Below are positions 10,681 to 21,754 of a DNA stretch of 64,000 nucleotides, one piece after another. The notes below the pieces were generated by a model. The model worked only from the letters and a program-made list of their open reading frames with translations. It did not search any database and was not told where the DNA came from. Location: the IMG/VR virus record IMGVR_UViG_3300027749_000100, positions 6,470 through 70,469 of that record; one strand, written 5' to 3'. How positions within the stretch are numbered: position 1 is the first letter of the stretch; each line of letters begins with the position of its first letter. The translations under genes and the position numbers were made by a program. This DNA comes from a virus.

Positions 10681-12060
10681 TTAGAATGACAAAGAAATTG
10701 GGCTTATATTGACAACAGAACCTGACGTAGATACCTTTATGGACAAATCCTGAATCATGGCCACAGATGTCTGGGGATTATACGTAATATTCACGCTCAA
10801 TATCGATGCTACCCTCTGTTCCGAAAGTACTGTTTGAATAATTAAACCACGCAAGCGATTTATAAAACTGGGGGTATATTTCGACCCTATCTGAGAAAGG
10901 GCCATATTCCCAAATTCCGGTTGCGTCATCATGTATCCCATCCGGGTAAGCAATCGGGCGCGAATGGTTTGCTTCAAATTTTCAACTCCCGATACCGTAG
11001 AAAAATCTATCACTCCTTGATTACTGAATTGCAATATTCCATTTTCATTCATGAGTATATCTTTTCCTAATGAATCAATCCACTCGCTACTTTTATTATC
11101 ATTACTTAACGCATAATTTGCAATAAGACCAGATTGAGTGTCAGAAGACAATGGCAATCGGATTATATCGCCTATTTTCAAAACCCGAGTTTTGTTTTCT
11201 TCTGGATTTTTATGAATAGAAGCGAATGTTCCCGCAGGATAAAAATGAAGCAGTCCTTCACGTGCAGTGTTTGACAAGACAGGAGTCGTCGTTCCGGTCG
11301 CAATGCCTCCAACTGGCTCAGTGTATACTGTGCCAACGGTTCCTAATGGACTTTGGAGGTATTCCTGCCCCGCAATCGTACCTACATAGACATTAATTCC
11401 GACGACATTTGTCGGCCAACTCTGAGGAGGCGTAAATTGCAACCGTCGGTTAGCGCTTACTGAATACGCGACTGGTTTGCCACTCGCATCGGTCTTGTTT
11501 GGCGATGCCGTGGTCTGTCCCGAGGTTGTAAGATACGAGTATCGTACAAAGTACTGTCTTGCTCCCAGAGATCCTCCTGCAACACTTGAAACGAAGTTTG
11601 CGTCAATGGCGTTACTCAAAGGAGGAGTGATAACGTCTGTATCAAAAATCAAGGTTCCTGCGGCATAGCTTGTGAATACACCCGATCCTGTTTCATCTAC
11701 GTTCGTGGCTACGCTGTAATATTTTTGTATTTTCAATGTATCGCTGGTATAGTTCCCAAACCCATCATATGCCTTTAAAAAAATGACATCGTTTTTTTGC
11801 AGCAATGATTCTGTAAGTGTTCCATTATCTATTTGATTGAAGACATTTATGTTTGTGCTTCCCGTATACAATGATTGAGAGAGCTGGAACGTCGACTTGG
11901 GAAGTCCTAACGTCTCATAAATATCATCACTTATGTACGGAAATCTCAGTTGATTTAAATTGGCAATATCGTTCCAAAGAGTGACATCACCCAACATCTG
12001 TTGAGCAATGCGCTGGAGAGTATCTCCCTGCTTTATTTTGTAATTAGTAAATATTGCCAT
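10681..12060 (-). CDS. LysM-domain baseplate wedge protein with C-terminal gp25/GPW-like domain
   Basis: N-terminal YKIKQGDTLQRIAQQMLGD..LWNDIANLN (LysM); C-terminal VSGVENLKQTIRARLLT..G....PEFG (gp25-like). Confidence 0.8.
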   Translation of the reverse strand: MAIFTNYKIKQGDTLQRIAQQMLGDVTLWNDIANLNQLRFPYISDDIYETLGLPKSTFQLSQSLYTGSTNINVFNQIDNGTLTESLLQKNDVIFLKAYDGFGNYTSDTLKIQKYYSVATNVDETGSGVFTSYAAGTLIFDTDVITPPLSNAIDANFVSSVAGGSLGARQYFVRYSYLTTSGQTTASPNKTDASGKPVAYSVSANRRLQFTPPQSWPTNVVGINVYVGTIAGQEYLQSPLGTVGTVYTEPVGGIATGTTTPVLSNTAREGLLHFYPAGTFASIHKNPEENKTRVLKIGDIIRLPLSSDTQSGLIANYALSNDNKSSEWIDSLGKDILMNENGILQFSNQGVIDFSTVSGVENLKQTIRARLLTRMGYMMTQPEFGNMALSQIGSKYTPSFINRLRGLIIQTVLSEQRVASILSVNITYNPQTSVAMIQDLSIKVSTSGSVVNISPISLSF

Positions 12061-12078
12061 CTTTATTCCTTTTTCTGC

Positions 12079-12606
12079 TTATGGCAATTCTATAGTAAAT
12101 CCAAGAAGCAATCTTCCAAGATAAATATTGACATCGAATGGTGTCTCATATGAATTATATTCTATTACATTTTCAGTTAATTTCCATAATTCAAACTGGG
12201 TAAGCATGGAAAATCCGTCTGATGTCAATTGTACATTCATCCCACCATCGGAAACTGATGCATACGGGGCATGATGTCTGTGAAGGATCATGTACCACTC
12301 AAGGTCTCTTATGGCTTGCTGTATCTTGGCCAAATGTATATCTACCATAATTGATGTTTTTTCGGTTGCCATGACTGTCAATCCGGTCAGCCCCTTGTCA
12401 ATCGCTGCGCAGATTCTTGCTATGGTGGCTCTTGATCCTATCGTATGATATTCATTTGTTATCCAGCAGTTTTCCAGAAAACTGCCCACCAAATTTATTG
12501 ATGAGTATAATTCAAAAAAATCCTGAACTTCAGGAGGCAGCCTGCTATATAAGTCTGATTGTCCATATTGGTCTAGTGTATTGTTGGCTGTTTTTGTTAT
12601 TTGCAT
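12079..12606 (-). CDS. Hypothetical baseplate-region protein
   Basis: 175-aa ORF tightly packed in the baseplate operon; no recognisable motif. Confidence 0.55.
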   Translation of the reverse strand: MQITKTANNTLDQYGQSDLYSRLPPEVQDFFELYSSINLVGSFLENCWITNEYHTIGSRATIARICAAIDKGLTGLTVMATEKTSIMVDIHLAKIQQAIRDLEWYMILHRHHAPYASVSDGGMNVQLTSDGFSMLTQFELWKLTENVIEYNSYETPFDVNIYLGRLLLGFTIELP

Positions 12607-12616
12607 AATAATTTAC

Positions 12617-13558
12617 TTAAAGATAATAACTTGTTGTTGGTGGTGAAATATTTTTTGGTATTTTTATGGTTAATACTTCGTTGATTAATACTGTTATTTT
12701 TTTATTTTTATTATTTGGATCTTCAATAACCGGCCATATACTAAATTCCCAATCTTTTATTTGAGGATTTGCTCGACGAATTACTTCGCTTACCCAAAAA
12801 TACGTAGCTTGTGAACCATATTGTCGCGCAATACTAGTCAGATTTTCACCTTTTTGCACAGTGTGTGTAAAATAACCTCCAAAAGGGGTCAGTGCCTGTG
12901 CGTTTAATAGTTTATTATTCTCTTCGTCAATTGTAGCTCCAGTTGATACACTTTTCACTGTTGCCGGTACGCCGGGAAAAGACACGGTGTCTCCCTTTAA
13001 CGACTCTGCGGAACGCATAATTTTGTTCCGTAAGTTGTATCCTTCTTGATTTAGATTAAAAACATTATTTCCAAGTGCAATTAATGTCAATTTATATCGA
13101 AATATCATTGGAGATCTTACCGATCTGCTAATTGAAAGATTTTGCAATGTTACTTGCCATTGTCCAAATTGAGGTGCATCTGGGGTGGCTATAGTAAGCA
13201 CCAAAACCGTAGTGGCAGTGTTTCCTTTTTGGCATAACTCGTTATATTTCTGAAATAATGATGTTAATAATTGATAGGATAAATATGGCTGACCAAAAAA
13301 TCCGGTGACATTAGGATCCCGAAATTGATTTTTTCTAAAACCAGTTGTTCCCGCAATCTGGATGGTTGTTATTCCTCCCCCAAGATTATCAGCAAATGCT
13401 GTTCCGTCAATACTTTGATATATTGCAACTCTTGACGGTTGACTTATATCAATTTCTTCTGGCGATACATAAAAACTATAGATCATTATAGGATCACTAC
13501 TGGCACTATTTGACAAATCGGTGAGGGATATTTCAATATTGGCAGATTCCATTGTCAT
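12617..13558 (-). CDS. Tail tube initiator-like protein with C-terminal LysM
   Basis: FYVSPEEIDISQPSRV...G...IQIAGTTG N-terminal domain; HTVQKGENLTSIARQYG...IRRANPQI LysM. Confidence 0.7.
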   Translation of the reverse strand: MTMESANIEISLTDLSNSASSDPIMIYSFYVSPEEIDISQPSRVAIYQSIDGTAFADNLGGGITTIQIAGTTGFRKNQFRDPNVTGFFGQPYLSYQLLTSLFQKYNELCQKGNTATTVLVLTIATPDAPQFGQWQVTLQNLSISRSVRSPMIFRYKLTLIALGNNVFNLNQEGYNLRNKIMRSAESLKGDTVSFPGVPATVKSVSTGATIDEENNKLLNAQALTPFGGYFTHTVQKGENLTSIARQYGSQATYFWVSEVIRRANPQIKDWEFSIWPVIEDPNNKNKKITVLINEVLTIKIPKNISPPTTSYYL

Positions 13559-13586
13559 AATTGTTGCCCTTTGTTAATTGACCAAA

Positions 13587-14522
13587 TCAAGCATTTGCTT
13601 TCTTTGCCAATTCTTGCCATAGTGAATTTACCTGTGAAGTAAGAATTTGTTGCGATATGTTAAAATCAAGAACTAACTGCAAAAGATCTTTTATGATTAT
13701 ACCATCAATTGAAGTGTTTTTTGATTCCGACGCAATATAAAATTGCCCCTTTGTCTTTATGTATCCACCCGATGCCCCAAGTGTAAAATTACCCTTGGTA
13801 TTATCAGTAACCGAAAAAACTCCCTGTTCGGAAATTTTCATTTTTGTTCCAGAGCCATGATTCAGTACGTAGATATTTGATTTTGTACTTTTGGGAATGT
13901 ACCATGGATGCGTATTCACATCTATATTGCCTGTTGACACCGGATTTCCACTAGCATCTTTTTGCCCATTTATTTTTGTAAGCAACTCCCCATCTTCAGG
14001 ACGACATATTTTTATATATGTTCCATCTGGAAACGAGAACTCATACAAACCTTCCTGTGTCCATCGTTCGTAAATGTTGCTTGAGTGCCTTTCCAATCTC
14101 AAACCGGGCGCAGGAAAAGAAATTTCACTAGAACCCGAATCCACAAATCCTATGCATATAGGATGCATCATCGTTCCGCCGACAAATGCGATAACTGCGA
14201 TAGCATCTTTTTCTCCGCTAATAGCCGCAAGTCCTCCGGGCGCATTGGGATCGGGCGTCTTTATTACTGGTAGCCAGTGAGATCCCTCTTTTTGACTGAA
14301 ATTTGAAGACATTATACGGACATTATAAAGTGGAGCACTACCAAGTTGATCAAGAACTCCGATGCATGTCAATGTCCTTTTTGCATAATTAATTGACAAC
14401 ACTCTTGCCAACATAATTCCCGACATGTTTGCATACACATCATCTTGATCGATAAATGATGTCGCGTTTAATCCGGGATCTCTTGTAAATTTTTTTATTT
14501 CTTCTGTTGGATACAAATCCAT
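13587..14522 (-). CDS. Baseplate spike / gpV-like protein
   Basis: OB-fold-like N-terminus (LARVLSINY...AVIAFVGGTMMHPICIG) followed by short beta repeats; sits after the hub gene. Confidence 0.6.
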   Translation of the reverse strand: MDLYPTEEIKKFTRDPGLNATSFIDQDDVYANMSGIMLARVLSINYAKRTLTCIGVLDQLGSAPLYNVRIMSSNFSQKEGSHWLPVIKTPDPNAPGGLAAISGEKDAIAVIAFVGGTMMHPICIGFVDSGSSEISFPAPGLRLERHSSNIYERWTQEGLYEFSFPDGTYIKICRPEDGELLTKINGQKDASGNPVSTGNIDVNTHPWYIPKSTKSNIYVLNHGSGTKMKISEQGVFSVTDNTKGNFTLGASGGYIKTKGQFYIASESKNTSIDGIIIKDLLQLVLDFNISQQILTSQVNSLWQELAKKANA

Positions 14523-14537
14523 TTTTCTATCCTTGTG

Positions 14538-16151
14538 TTACGGCTTTTTATTTCTCAATTGAGCATTTACTCCAAGATACGTTCTTCTTGGATTTGAATA
14601 TGTATCTTGAGGCATAAATTTTGGATACATTTCTGTTATTCCAGTTCCTCTTGAAACTTGAATTTTTGTAAGGAATTGTGGCGACGGAAAAATCTTGAAT
14701 GAATGTTCTACTGATTGTACATAATATCTTTCTTCCTGCACACCAAATTTATCCGAATCATCTGTACCAGTAGAAGGTTTGGGAATTATCAATTCCTGCC
14801 CAATTTTTATATCAGGGTTTCCTCTTATGACCAATACGCCAGAGTACAATGAATCTGTAAAAGCAAAAACATCAATTATCCATTTGTTAAGCAATGTCAA
14901 ATGTTCAATAATATCAAGTCTTGCCTGTTTTCCTTCATTGCTGTCACTGTTTCTCTTATTCGGTTCTACAGTTTCGAGATATCCTTGCAAGGAGTTTGGC
15001 AAAAAAGTGATTTTGGTAACCATCGGTTTATACCCGAATTGTTCAATACCAGCCATGTCATAATAAGGATTTATTTGGTTAGCCCCCGGACTATCAGGTA
15101 ATGCCATTTGCCCACCTGTATCCCCAAAAGCCCCTGTTGCGTATTGTGTCCAAAAATATGTATATCTATCTTGGTCACTTCTTCGCAACTCTCTTTGAAT
15201 AATCTGCGATCTTTCAATTGTTATTACTTGTGGCGATTCTTGTGCCCATGGAATTTTTGTTGAATTTTTTTCATATGAAGGAAATTCATTATTTCCATTC
15301 CTATATGGAGTCCACCTGACAATAATATTTGTCAGATCTTCTGTATCTTCTGCAAATATTTCAAAAAATGGGCGTTGAATAAAATATTCAATAAATGTCC
15401 AATATGTTCCAGTCCAGTTTTGGATAAGAGGAACTTGAAATACTCCCATGAGAGAATTTGATCCATCATCTGCTACTGTTTTTCCGTCACGTGTAGGAAT
15501 ATTAAATTTTACGTTAAATTTGAAATCGCGCTGTGTTCCAGAATCTGTCTTGTCTGACATAGAATCTTTCATTGCATTGACAACAAATGCCTCAACCCAC
15601 TTGTTTATTGGTATCCACGCCTGTCCTTTTGCTGTAGAGTCAGTCAGCATTGTTAGGCCGGGAAACAAGTTGAATGTTATATTTAACCCATTGTCTTTTG
15701 TTACGTTGGTAAAAATATTCCGATCAGCGGTTACAACACTAGGAGGAACAACCAGCCTCCTATTCTGCAATATCTTTACCATATCATGCCCGGAAATACT
15801 GAACATCCTTGAAGGAGCACCGTCTGGACCTTGCGAAGGAGATTCCGACATTGAAATCTGAGAAACCAATCCCCGCATAATCAATACTGGTTCATTATTT
15901 CTTTTACTGGCGCTATTTATTTTTGCTCTGTCAATACGTATTTCCACATAATCATTAACTCGTATTGGCAAATCAACCATGACGTTTTTACGAATAATCG
16001 GTCTCAAATACAAAGTCCATGTGCCAGCAGGAGTTGTCAATGCCCGACTAACAGATCCTGACACAACATATTGCGTAAGGTCTAATCCTGCAACGATGAC
16101 TTTTATTCTGAATGTGTCTATGTTTCCATTTGAGGATTTTGATTCTGTCAT
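14538..16151 (-). CDS. Baseplate hub protein
   Basis: Follows the tape measure gene; SGVLVIRGNPDIKIGQEL...YYVQSVEHSF....F.TKIQVSRG is a hub-type C-terminus. Confidence 0.75.
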   Translation of the reverse strand: MTESKSSNGNIDTFRIKVIVAGLDLTQYVVSGSVSRALTTPAGTWTLYLRPIIRKNVMVDLPIRVNDYVEIRIDRAKINSASKRNNEPVLIMRGLVSQISMSESPSQGPDGAPSRMFSISGHDMVKILQNRRLVVPPSVVTADRNIFTNVTKDNGLNITFNLFPGLTMLTDSTAKGQAWIPINKWVEAFVVNAMKDSMSDKTDSGTQRDFKFNVKFNIPTRDGKTVADDGSNSLMGVFQVPLIQNWTGTYWTFIEYFIQRPFFEIFAEDTEDLTNIIVRWTPYRNGNNEFPSYEKNSTKIPWAQESPQVITIERSQIIQRELRRSDQDRYTYFWTQYATGAFGDTGGQMALPDSPGANQINPYYDMAGIEQFGYKPMVTKITFLPNSLQGYLETVEPNKRNSDSNEGKQARLDIIEHLTLLNKWIIDVFAFTDSLYSGVLVIRGNPDIKIGQELIIPKPSTGTDDSDKFGVQEERYYVQSVEHSFKIFPSPQFLTKIQVSRGTGITEMYPKFMPQDTYSNPRRTYLGVNAQLRNKKP

Positions 16152-16155
16152 TTTT

Positions 16156-19100
16156 TCAACTTACGTTTTTCGCGCCTGCAACAAAATTCACAGTGCCATC
16201 CGTCGCATTTATATTAAATGTCAACCCAGTCAGGGCAGTTCTCAGTGACGTGACAAACGTTGCTCCCATCGCTGATAGCGATCCAGTATCTATGACTGCA
16301 ACTTGATTACCGGATACGTCCGCACCCTGTTCAAGAAGCCTCTGGTTATTCTGAGCAAACATATATGACTCCGTTATATTCTTCCCCTCTTTATCGTTAA
16401 CTTGCATATGCATAGTACTGTTAGATCCTTCAGAACCCTCCCAATTGCCCCCTTTTCCCAAAAGCGTTCCTTGCGCAATTTTTTGTCCTTCCGCAAAAGC
16501 AGGTGCGTCTTTAATCTGCATCTCCGCAAGAGTAAACAGATTTCCACTGTCTCCTCTGAATCGTATTGTTCTGCCTTTATGCGCCATAGCGGAGTCGTCT
16601 TCTACAACACTTTCTATTTTACCCGATTCTGGCGCAGCAAATCCTATTTGCGTTGCTTTGTCTCTTGCCGTAACATCTATTGCGCCATGGATTTTATCCT
16701 TCGCTACGGCACTGGGAGCATTTACTCCCAATGTAACAAGCCCACCTGCTGATGTATCTTTTTCATTAGCAGTCAAAGTTGTATTTTTTATACCACCAGC
16801 ATTATCAATAACCACAAATCCGCTTGCGGCTGCATTTCCCAATGGCACTGCGCCCGGAGTACTCGGATTGCCCGAAGTACCTGTTTGAAACGATTGAAGT
16901 CTGGCAAGCTTCGCTTCACTAGCAACAATATTCCTGTCTCTGTATTGCCGCGTCCAAGCATCTTGCTTATTTATGCCTGCGCCAAACCCACGTTCTCTGT
17001 TTGCATAACCCTCAATCTCTTCTGGAGTATAGGTTGGTGGAAGATCATCCCTAATCTTTTTTAGACTTGTAAGGTTTGCTTGTTCGGTGGCAATATCTTT
17101 TTGCAGTTTGTTCGGATCTGCACTCAACTGATTTAGATAGGCAATATCATTTGTAGCGGACTCAACCGCTCTTGTTGCAGCAACACTCTGTTGTTGTGTT
17201 GAGAGGTTTGCTGTCTGATATTGAGGTGATTTGGGATCGAGTACGTAAAGTTTATTTGCGTCTATTATGGCTTGCTGGCTTTTTATTTGCTCAGCATATG
17301 AACGACCTTGAGGAGCAATTGGCACAACGGTTTGACCGGCACCAGTACGAGCTCCTGGCTGGACAGGCATAATCCTGCCACGAGCATCATCTAACTGCTT
17401 GTATTGCTCATTCTGATGAGCGTCGTATGCTCCTGATGCTTGACTTGCAGCATACATTCCCACAAATGGTGCAGCAATCATTGCAATGGGAACAGACCAC
17501 CCTGCGGTTGGTAGTGCTAAGGCAGCACCAAGCATCAGAGTGCCTTCGGCAGCAGCCAGCCCAGCAGCAAGCCCCACTCCCGCAGATCCAAGATCTCTAT
17601 TGACCCATTCGTTCACCGAATCTCGTTGGGGGCCAACTAATGATTCAAGGCCACTCTTGACAAAAGTCGAATCAACAGTGAACCCGAAACCTTCAGCAGC
17701 TCCAACAATCTTTGATACGGCTGCATCCATTCCTCCGGGATATTTAAGGCCCAATTGCAATGCTTGAAGCGCCGCACCCACATAGCCAAGTTTTTTTAAT
17801 AATCCACTGAAACTTCCCATCCACTTGGAACTTTGAATGGCAAGGGTTGTTTTTTGTGACAAACTATTCACCGTACTCGCTACACGACCCGCAAGTCTTG
17901 GAGCAAGTGGGGTGGAGGATGTGCCACCCGGTGCAACTGTTGGAACAGCCACGGTTTCAGCAACCAGTGGAATAGGTGCTCCTCCGGAGCCAGCAAATTG
18001 ACCCCCAACTAGACGAGTAGGGCTTCCCGGCACACCGGGACGGGCAGCAGTAACTGGAACACCTGAAGCATTTGAAACACCTGTAGTATTTGAAATCACC
18101 GTAGATGGAGTTATCACGGTAGAGCTTTCTGCTAACGGTGCCGTAGAACTCCACGCACTTCGTACCGCACCGCTAACAGATTGCATGGCTCCTGATGCAA
18201 TAGTGGCTTCGCCATAAGAAGCAAACCCTGTTGTTTTTGCCGTATCAAACCAATTCGATTTCAATGTGTCTATCGGATGCATAACAGCGTTAAAGGCAGT
18301 GGAATTATTTTCAAGAAAACTCACGACCCCAGAAGACTGATTTTGCGGTGACCTATTTCCTGAACGTTGACGCTCATCTACACGAGCAGGGGGTGGCGGT
18401 GCATTGGAAGGGGCAACTGCAATACTTGGGCCACCTGAATTTCCACCAAATAGGGGCGCGTCAAAATCAAATCCTAAATTGCTAAGTCCCTGCTCAATAG
18501 GATTTATGGGTCCTCCCATTGGCCCTTTTCCTGCACCTTTGTCAAATGGATTGGCACTGGGTTGCGGCTTTCCAGAAGGTTTGACGCCAAGGAATGACAT
18601 CAAAGCAGGCGCGGCTACGGCAGCGGCACCTGCTATCGTTAAAACTTGAAGGATTGGCAATGAAAGTATTTTTTCAAGCATGCTCACGATGCCACCAAGT
18701 GCAACTGCTGCTGCTGGCCCAAATGTGGCTATTCCGGCAACCCCCAAGCGAAGTGCCTCTGCAGCAGTACCTCGCTGTCCGGATTCTCCATTAATTGAAT
18801 TGACTGCAGTAGTACGAGTTTCCGGATCTGTGCCCATGAGCGTTTGTGCAAATTTGGTAACTTCCTGAACTACTCCACTAAGTATTTGTGCTTGAGATTG
18901 CAAACTTTGAAAATCAGCAAGAGTGTTGTCTTTTTCTACATGAACAGTATTTGGTCGCTCTAAATTATTTGGCCCTAGACCAATATTTAAATTCTTATTC
19001 CCACCAGTCAGCGCAGTTGTTTCTGTCAGTAATTTTTCATACGCCTCCTTGCCCATTCGCAAGTTTGTTTTTTCATCTTGATCGTAGGCTCCTTCATCTC

Positions 19101-21159
19101 CACGACCTTGCAGGCGTTGCTGAATTTTATTCACTCCCGCGGTGTATTTTGCCTGTATTTCTTTTTGCATGCGTGCTTCATCCGGACTGAGAAGACCTTG
19201 AAGCATGTTGCCTTGTGTTTGCAATGAGACATTGGTTGCTTGCAAGTTCGTTTGAAAATCATTCGTTGTTGCAGATCCCAAGATTCTTTGTGCCGTTGCC
19301 TTTCCCGCATCCTGCAGTTTGTTGTATCCTGCAGATTTGGGCTGGTCTTTCGGCAATGTCCCTCCTGCTGCGTCTCTATTGGCAGGATCATACGCTATGA
19401 TCATTTTCTCCAGATCGTTTGTGCTAAAATTGTCACCAAATAATTTTCTTGTGGTAAATAATGCGTTATTCGCTTCTTCAGACAATCTTTTCTCAGGATG
19501 TAATTGTCGATCTTTTAACTCAGCTTGAAGTTTTGCCGCATCCATTCCGCCTAGGCCAAGTTTTGCTACATCATTGAATAATTTTTGCTGTACATTAGGG
19601 TCTCCACTTGTTGTAGCTCTATTGAATTCGTTAAGTAGTTCCGTTCCTCCCATCTCAGGATGAGCTTGCTGATATTGTGACAATAACAACGCATTATTAC
19701 CGCTTCTTGAAACATACGAATCAAGACCTCTTGCAAGTTCAGGAGCACGTTCCTGCAGTGCTGCGCTTCCTACATTCTGCGCAACCCTATTGGTTATTGC
19801 CATGTTTTCTGCAATTGCAGTTACATTGGCAATTCCTCCTCGGGCAGTGATGGTCTGCGCAGTGACTCCAAGCTCCTGAATGACTTCATCCATGCGATCC
19901 ATCAACCGGCCGTTGGCTAGCGAATCTCCCACAACTGTGGCAAACTGTTTTGGATCCATGGCAAATCCACCAGAGTTTACTCCGTTTGCAGAAACTCCTC
20001 CAACAGCCCCGGTCTTGCCCAATGCTTCAAGTGTGTTTTGATAATTTCCTCGGCTTGCTCCCAATGCAAAGGCCGTGCCTGCGGAAGCTTCCATTTCGCG
20101 AAGCGTATCGTTTGTAGACGCACCGGGCGAAGTTCCCCTTCCAGTACTAGCCCCTTGTCCATATCTTGCAGCCGTCTGAGCAAACCCAAATGATTCATTT
20201 TGGGACATGCCGGTTTTGTCACCCATGTGACGTATCTGGTCACGATATGGAGTGAGTTCTGTAGATCTGTAATCAAGTGTCCTGCGAGACAATTGGCCTA
20301 CATCGTAATCAAATTTTTCCTGACCTTGCCTGCCAGACGCCATCTTGATGCCATCCACGATGCCCTTGACTGCGCCAAAGACGCCCTCTGCAACACCAGA
20401 TAACGTGTTGCCAAATCCTTTGAACAACCCATCACCACCATCGTCATCTTTTTTATCGGTAGAGGGAGAAGCAGTTGCGGTACTTTTCCCTTTTTCAACA
20501 GGGACGATGGGATATATTTTCTCGTCCGTAAGTAATTTTTGCGCAGGAAGTAATTTCTGCTCTTCCTGAGGAGGAGGAAGTAATTTTTGCTCTTTGATTA
20601 CAGTAGTGAGTAATACTATTGCGTTTTTTAAATCACTAGTTTCTCTGCTTACAATAGCATAAGGAGTAGTGGGGGTGTTATAGGCGGGAGCAGGAAGCAC
20701 AGGCTGTGGCTGTCTAGGCTCGACAGGGCCTCGTGTGGCTTGGGGTTGCGGGCCAGATGGCCCGTTTGGCTGTCTGGGTCCACCGCCTTGCTGAGAACCA
20801 ATACCCTTTGACAAGACTTCCTTGAGTTCTTTTACCTCCTTGGACAAAAGGAGCAGGTTATCACCCAGTGTCTTTGTATATTGAGTTGATTCTGAAATCG
20901 TTCTTCCATGAGCTTCAAGCCTTGATGAAAAATCATCAAATTTTCTTGACGCATCAGTAAACGCCGTGCCTATGCCTCCAAGACGACCTCCCAGCGTCTC
21001 AATGGATGTTTCAATCTTTCCAAGAGACGCAGTAAATGTTTCCAACTTACTGGTATATTCACCAAGGCTTGCAGTAAATTGACCAATGCCACTAGCAACA
21101 TTGACGGGCGCAGCATTGCTTCTTCCTGTCCGAGTTGGGCCAACACCACCGGAACCCAT
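16156..21159 (-). CDS. Tape measure protein with C-terminal M23 peptidase-like domain
   Basis: ~1670-aa A/G-rich helical ORF after the chaperone pair. C-terminus HGAIDV...AAPESGKI...EGQKIAQGTLLG..G...MHMQV. Start placed at ATG 21159 (GGAGAG upstream) rather than TTG 21180. Confidence 0.85.
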   Translation of the reverse strand: MGSGGVGPTRTGRSNAAPVNVASGIGQFTASLGEYTSKLETFTASLGKIETSIETLGGRLGGIGTAFTDASRKFDDFSSRLEAHGRTISESTQYTKTLGDNLLLLSKEVKELKEVLSKGIGSQQGGGPRQPNGPSGPQPQATRGPVEPRQPQPVLPAPAYNTPTTPYAIVSRETSDLKNAIVLLTTVIKEQKLLPPPQEEQKLLPAQKLLTDEKIYPIVPVEKGKSTATASPSTDKKDDDGGDGLFKGFGNTLSGVAEGVFGAVKGIVDGIKMASGRQGQEKFDYDVGQLSRRTLDYRSTELTPYRDQIRHMGDKTGMSQNESFGFAQTAARYGQGASTGRGTSPGASTNDTLREMEASAGTAFALGASRGNYQNTLEALGKTGAVGGVSANGVNSGGFAMDPKQFATVVGDSLANGRLMDRMDEVIQELGVTAQTITARGGIANVTAIAENMAITNRVAQNVGSAALQERAPELARGLDSYVSRSGNNALLLSQYQQAHPEMGGTELLNEFNRATTSGDPNVQQKLFNDVAKLGLGGMDAAKLQAELKDRQLHPEKRLSEEANNALFTTRKLFGDNFSTNDLEKMIIAYDPANRDAAGGTLPKDQPKSAGYNKLQDAGKATAQRILGSATTNDFQTNLQATNVSLQTQGNMLQGLLSPDEARMQKEIQAKYTAGVNKIQQRLQGRGDEGAYDQDEKTNLRMGKEAYEKLLTETTALTGGNKNLNIGLGPNNLERPNTVHVEKDNTLADFQSLQSQAQILSGVVQEVTKFAQTLMGTDPETRTTAVNSINGESGQRGTAAEALRLGVAGIATFGPAAAVALGGIVSMLEKILSLPILQVLTIAGAAAVAAPALMSFLGVKPSGKPQPSANPFDKGAGKGPMGGPINPIEQGLSNLGFDFDAPLFGGNSGGPSIAVAPSNAPPPPARVDERQRSGNRSPQNQSSGVVSFLENNSTAFNAVMHPIDTLKSNWFDTAKTTGFASYGEATIASGAMQSVSGAVRSAWSSTAPLAESSTVITPSTVISNTTGVSNASGVPVTAARPGVPGSPTRLVGGQFAGSGGAPIPLVAETVAVPTVAPGGTSSTPLAPRLAGRVASTVNSLSQKTTLAIQSSKWMGSFSGLLKKLGYVGAALQALQLGLKYPGGMDAAVSKIVGAAEGFGFTVDSTFVKSGLESLVGPQRDSVNEWVNRDLGSAGVGLAAGLAAAEGTLMLGAALALPTAGWSVPIAMIAAPFVGMYAASQASGAYDAHQNEQYKQLDDARGRIMPVQPGARTGAGQTVVPIAPQGRSYAEQIKSQQAIIDANKLYVLDPKSPQYQTANLSTQQQSVAATRAVESATNDIAYLNQLSADPNKLQKDIATEQANLTSLKKIRDDLPPTYTPEEIEGYANRERGFGAGINKQDAWTRQYRDRNIVASEAKLARLQSFQTGTSGNPSTPGAVPLGNAAASGFVVIDNAGGIKNTTLTANEKDTSAGGLVTLGVNAPSAVAKDKIHGAIDVTARDKATQIGFAAPESGKIESVVEDDSAMAHKGRTIRFRGDSGNLFTLAEMQIKDAPAFAEGQKIAQGTLLGKGGNWEGSEGSNSTMHMQVNDKEGKNITESYMFAQNNQRLLEQGADVSGNQVAVIDTGSLSAMGATFVTSLRTALTGLTFNINATDGTVNFVAGAKNVS

Positions 21160-21160
21160 G

Positions 21161-21754
21161 TTACTGCTGCTCTCCGTCAATATTTTCTGGGCCGTCTATG
21201 GAATCCATTGTTTCCCACTCCTCGTCAACCATTTTCCAGAAATTTTCATCATCCATTCCATACGTCATGTCAACTGATTGTGTTTGCCCTTGGGACGAGG
21301 AACCTGCAAATTTTGTGACATGAGCCGGAATAGATTTATTTGTTATTCGAGTATATCCGTCATCTTCTTGTATTTCTATTGCCTCATCTTCATCATCATT
21401 TGATTCAGGGGTTTGATTATAATTATTTATAGGAATAGTGTAATCGTCATGAACGCCAAAACCGTTAGGAGGTGGCAACACTCCACCATATGGCCTGAGC
21501 ATGGTGAATGGAGGCATCTTCAAGTCGGGAGAATCGTCTCCCCACTTTCGAATGCCCCATTTTATTTCGGCCCAGAATTGGCGACGATAAAAATCAATAT
21601 GCGCTGCATCGTAATCTACAGGTTTTTCCTGAAATTCTTGCATTGAAATATTGTATTGATTTCTATACCATTCAAGTATTTCCGATTGATAGACCCCATC
21701 AAGTGCTTTTTTCTTGATGTCTCGTATGTATGATTCGCTATATGAGTTAACGAA
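21161..21754 (-). CDS. Tail assembly chaperone extension (GT-like), probably reached by +1 frameshift
   Basis: Open +1 frame overlapping the end of 21747..22169 with no convincing own start; lies between the chaperone and tape measure genes. Confidence 0.65.
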   Translation of the reverse strand, partial: FVNSYSESYIRDIKKKALDGVYQSEILEWYRNQYNISMQEFQEKPVDYDAAHIDFYRRQFWAEIKWGIRKWGDDSPDLKMPPFTMLRPYGGVLPPPNGFGVHDDYTIPINNYNQTPESNDDEDEAIEIQEDDGYTRITNKSIPAHVTKFAGSSSQGQTQSVDMTYGMDDENFWKMVDEEWETMDSIDGPENIDGEQQ

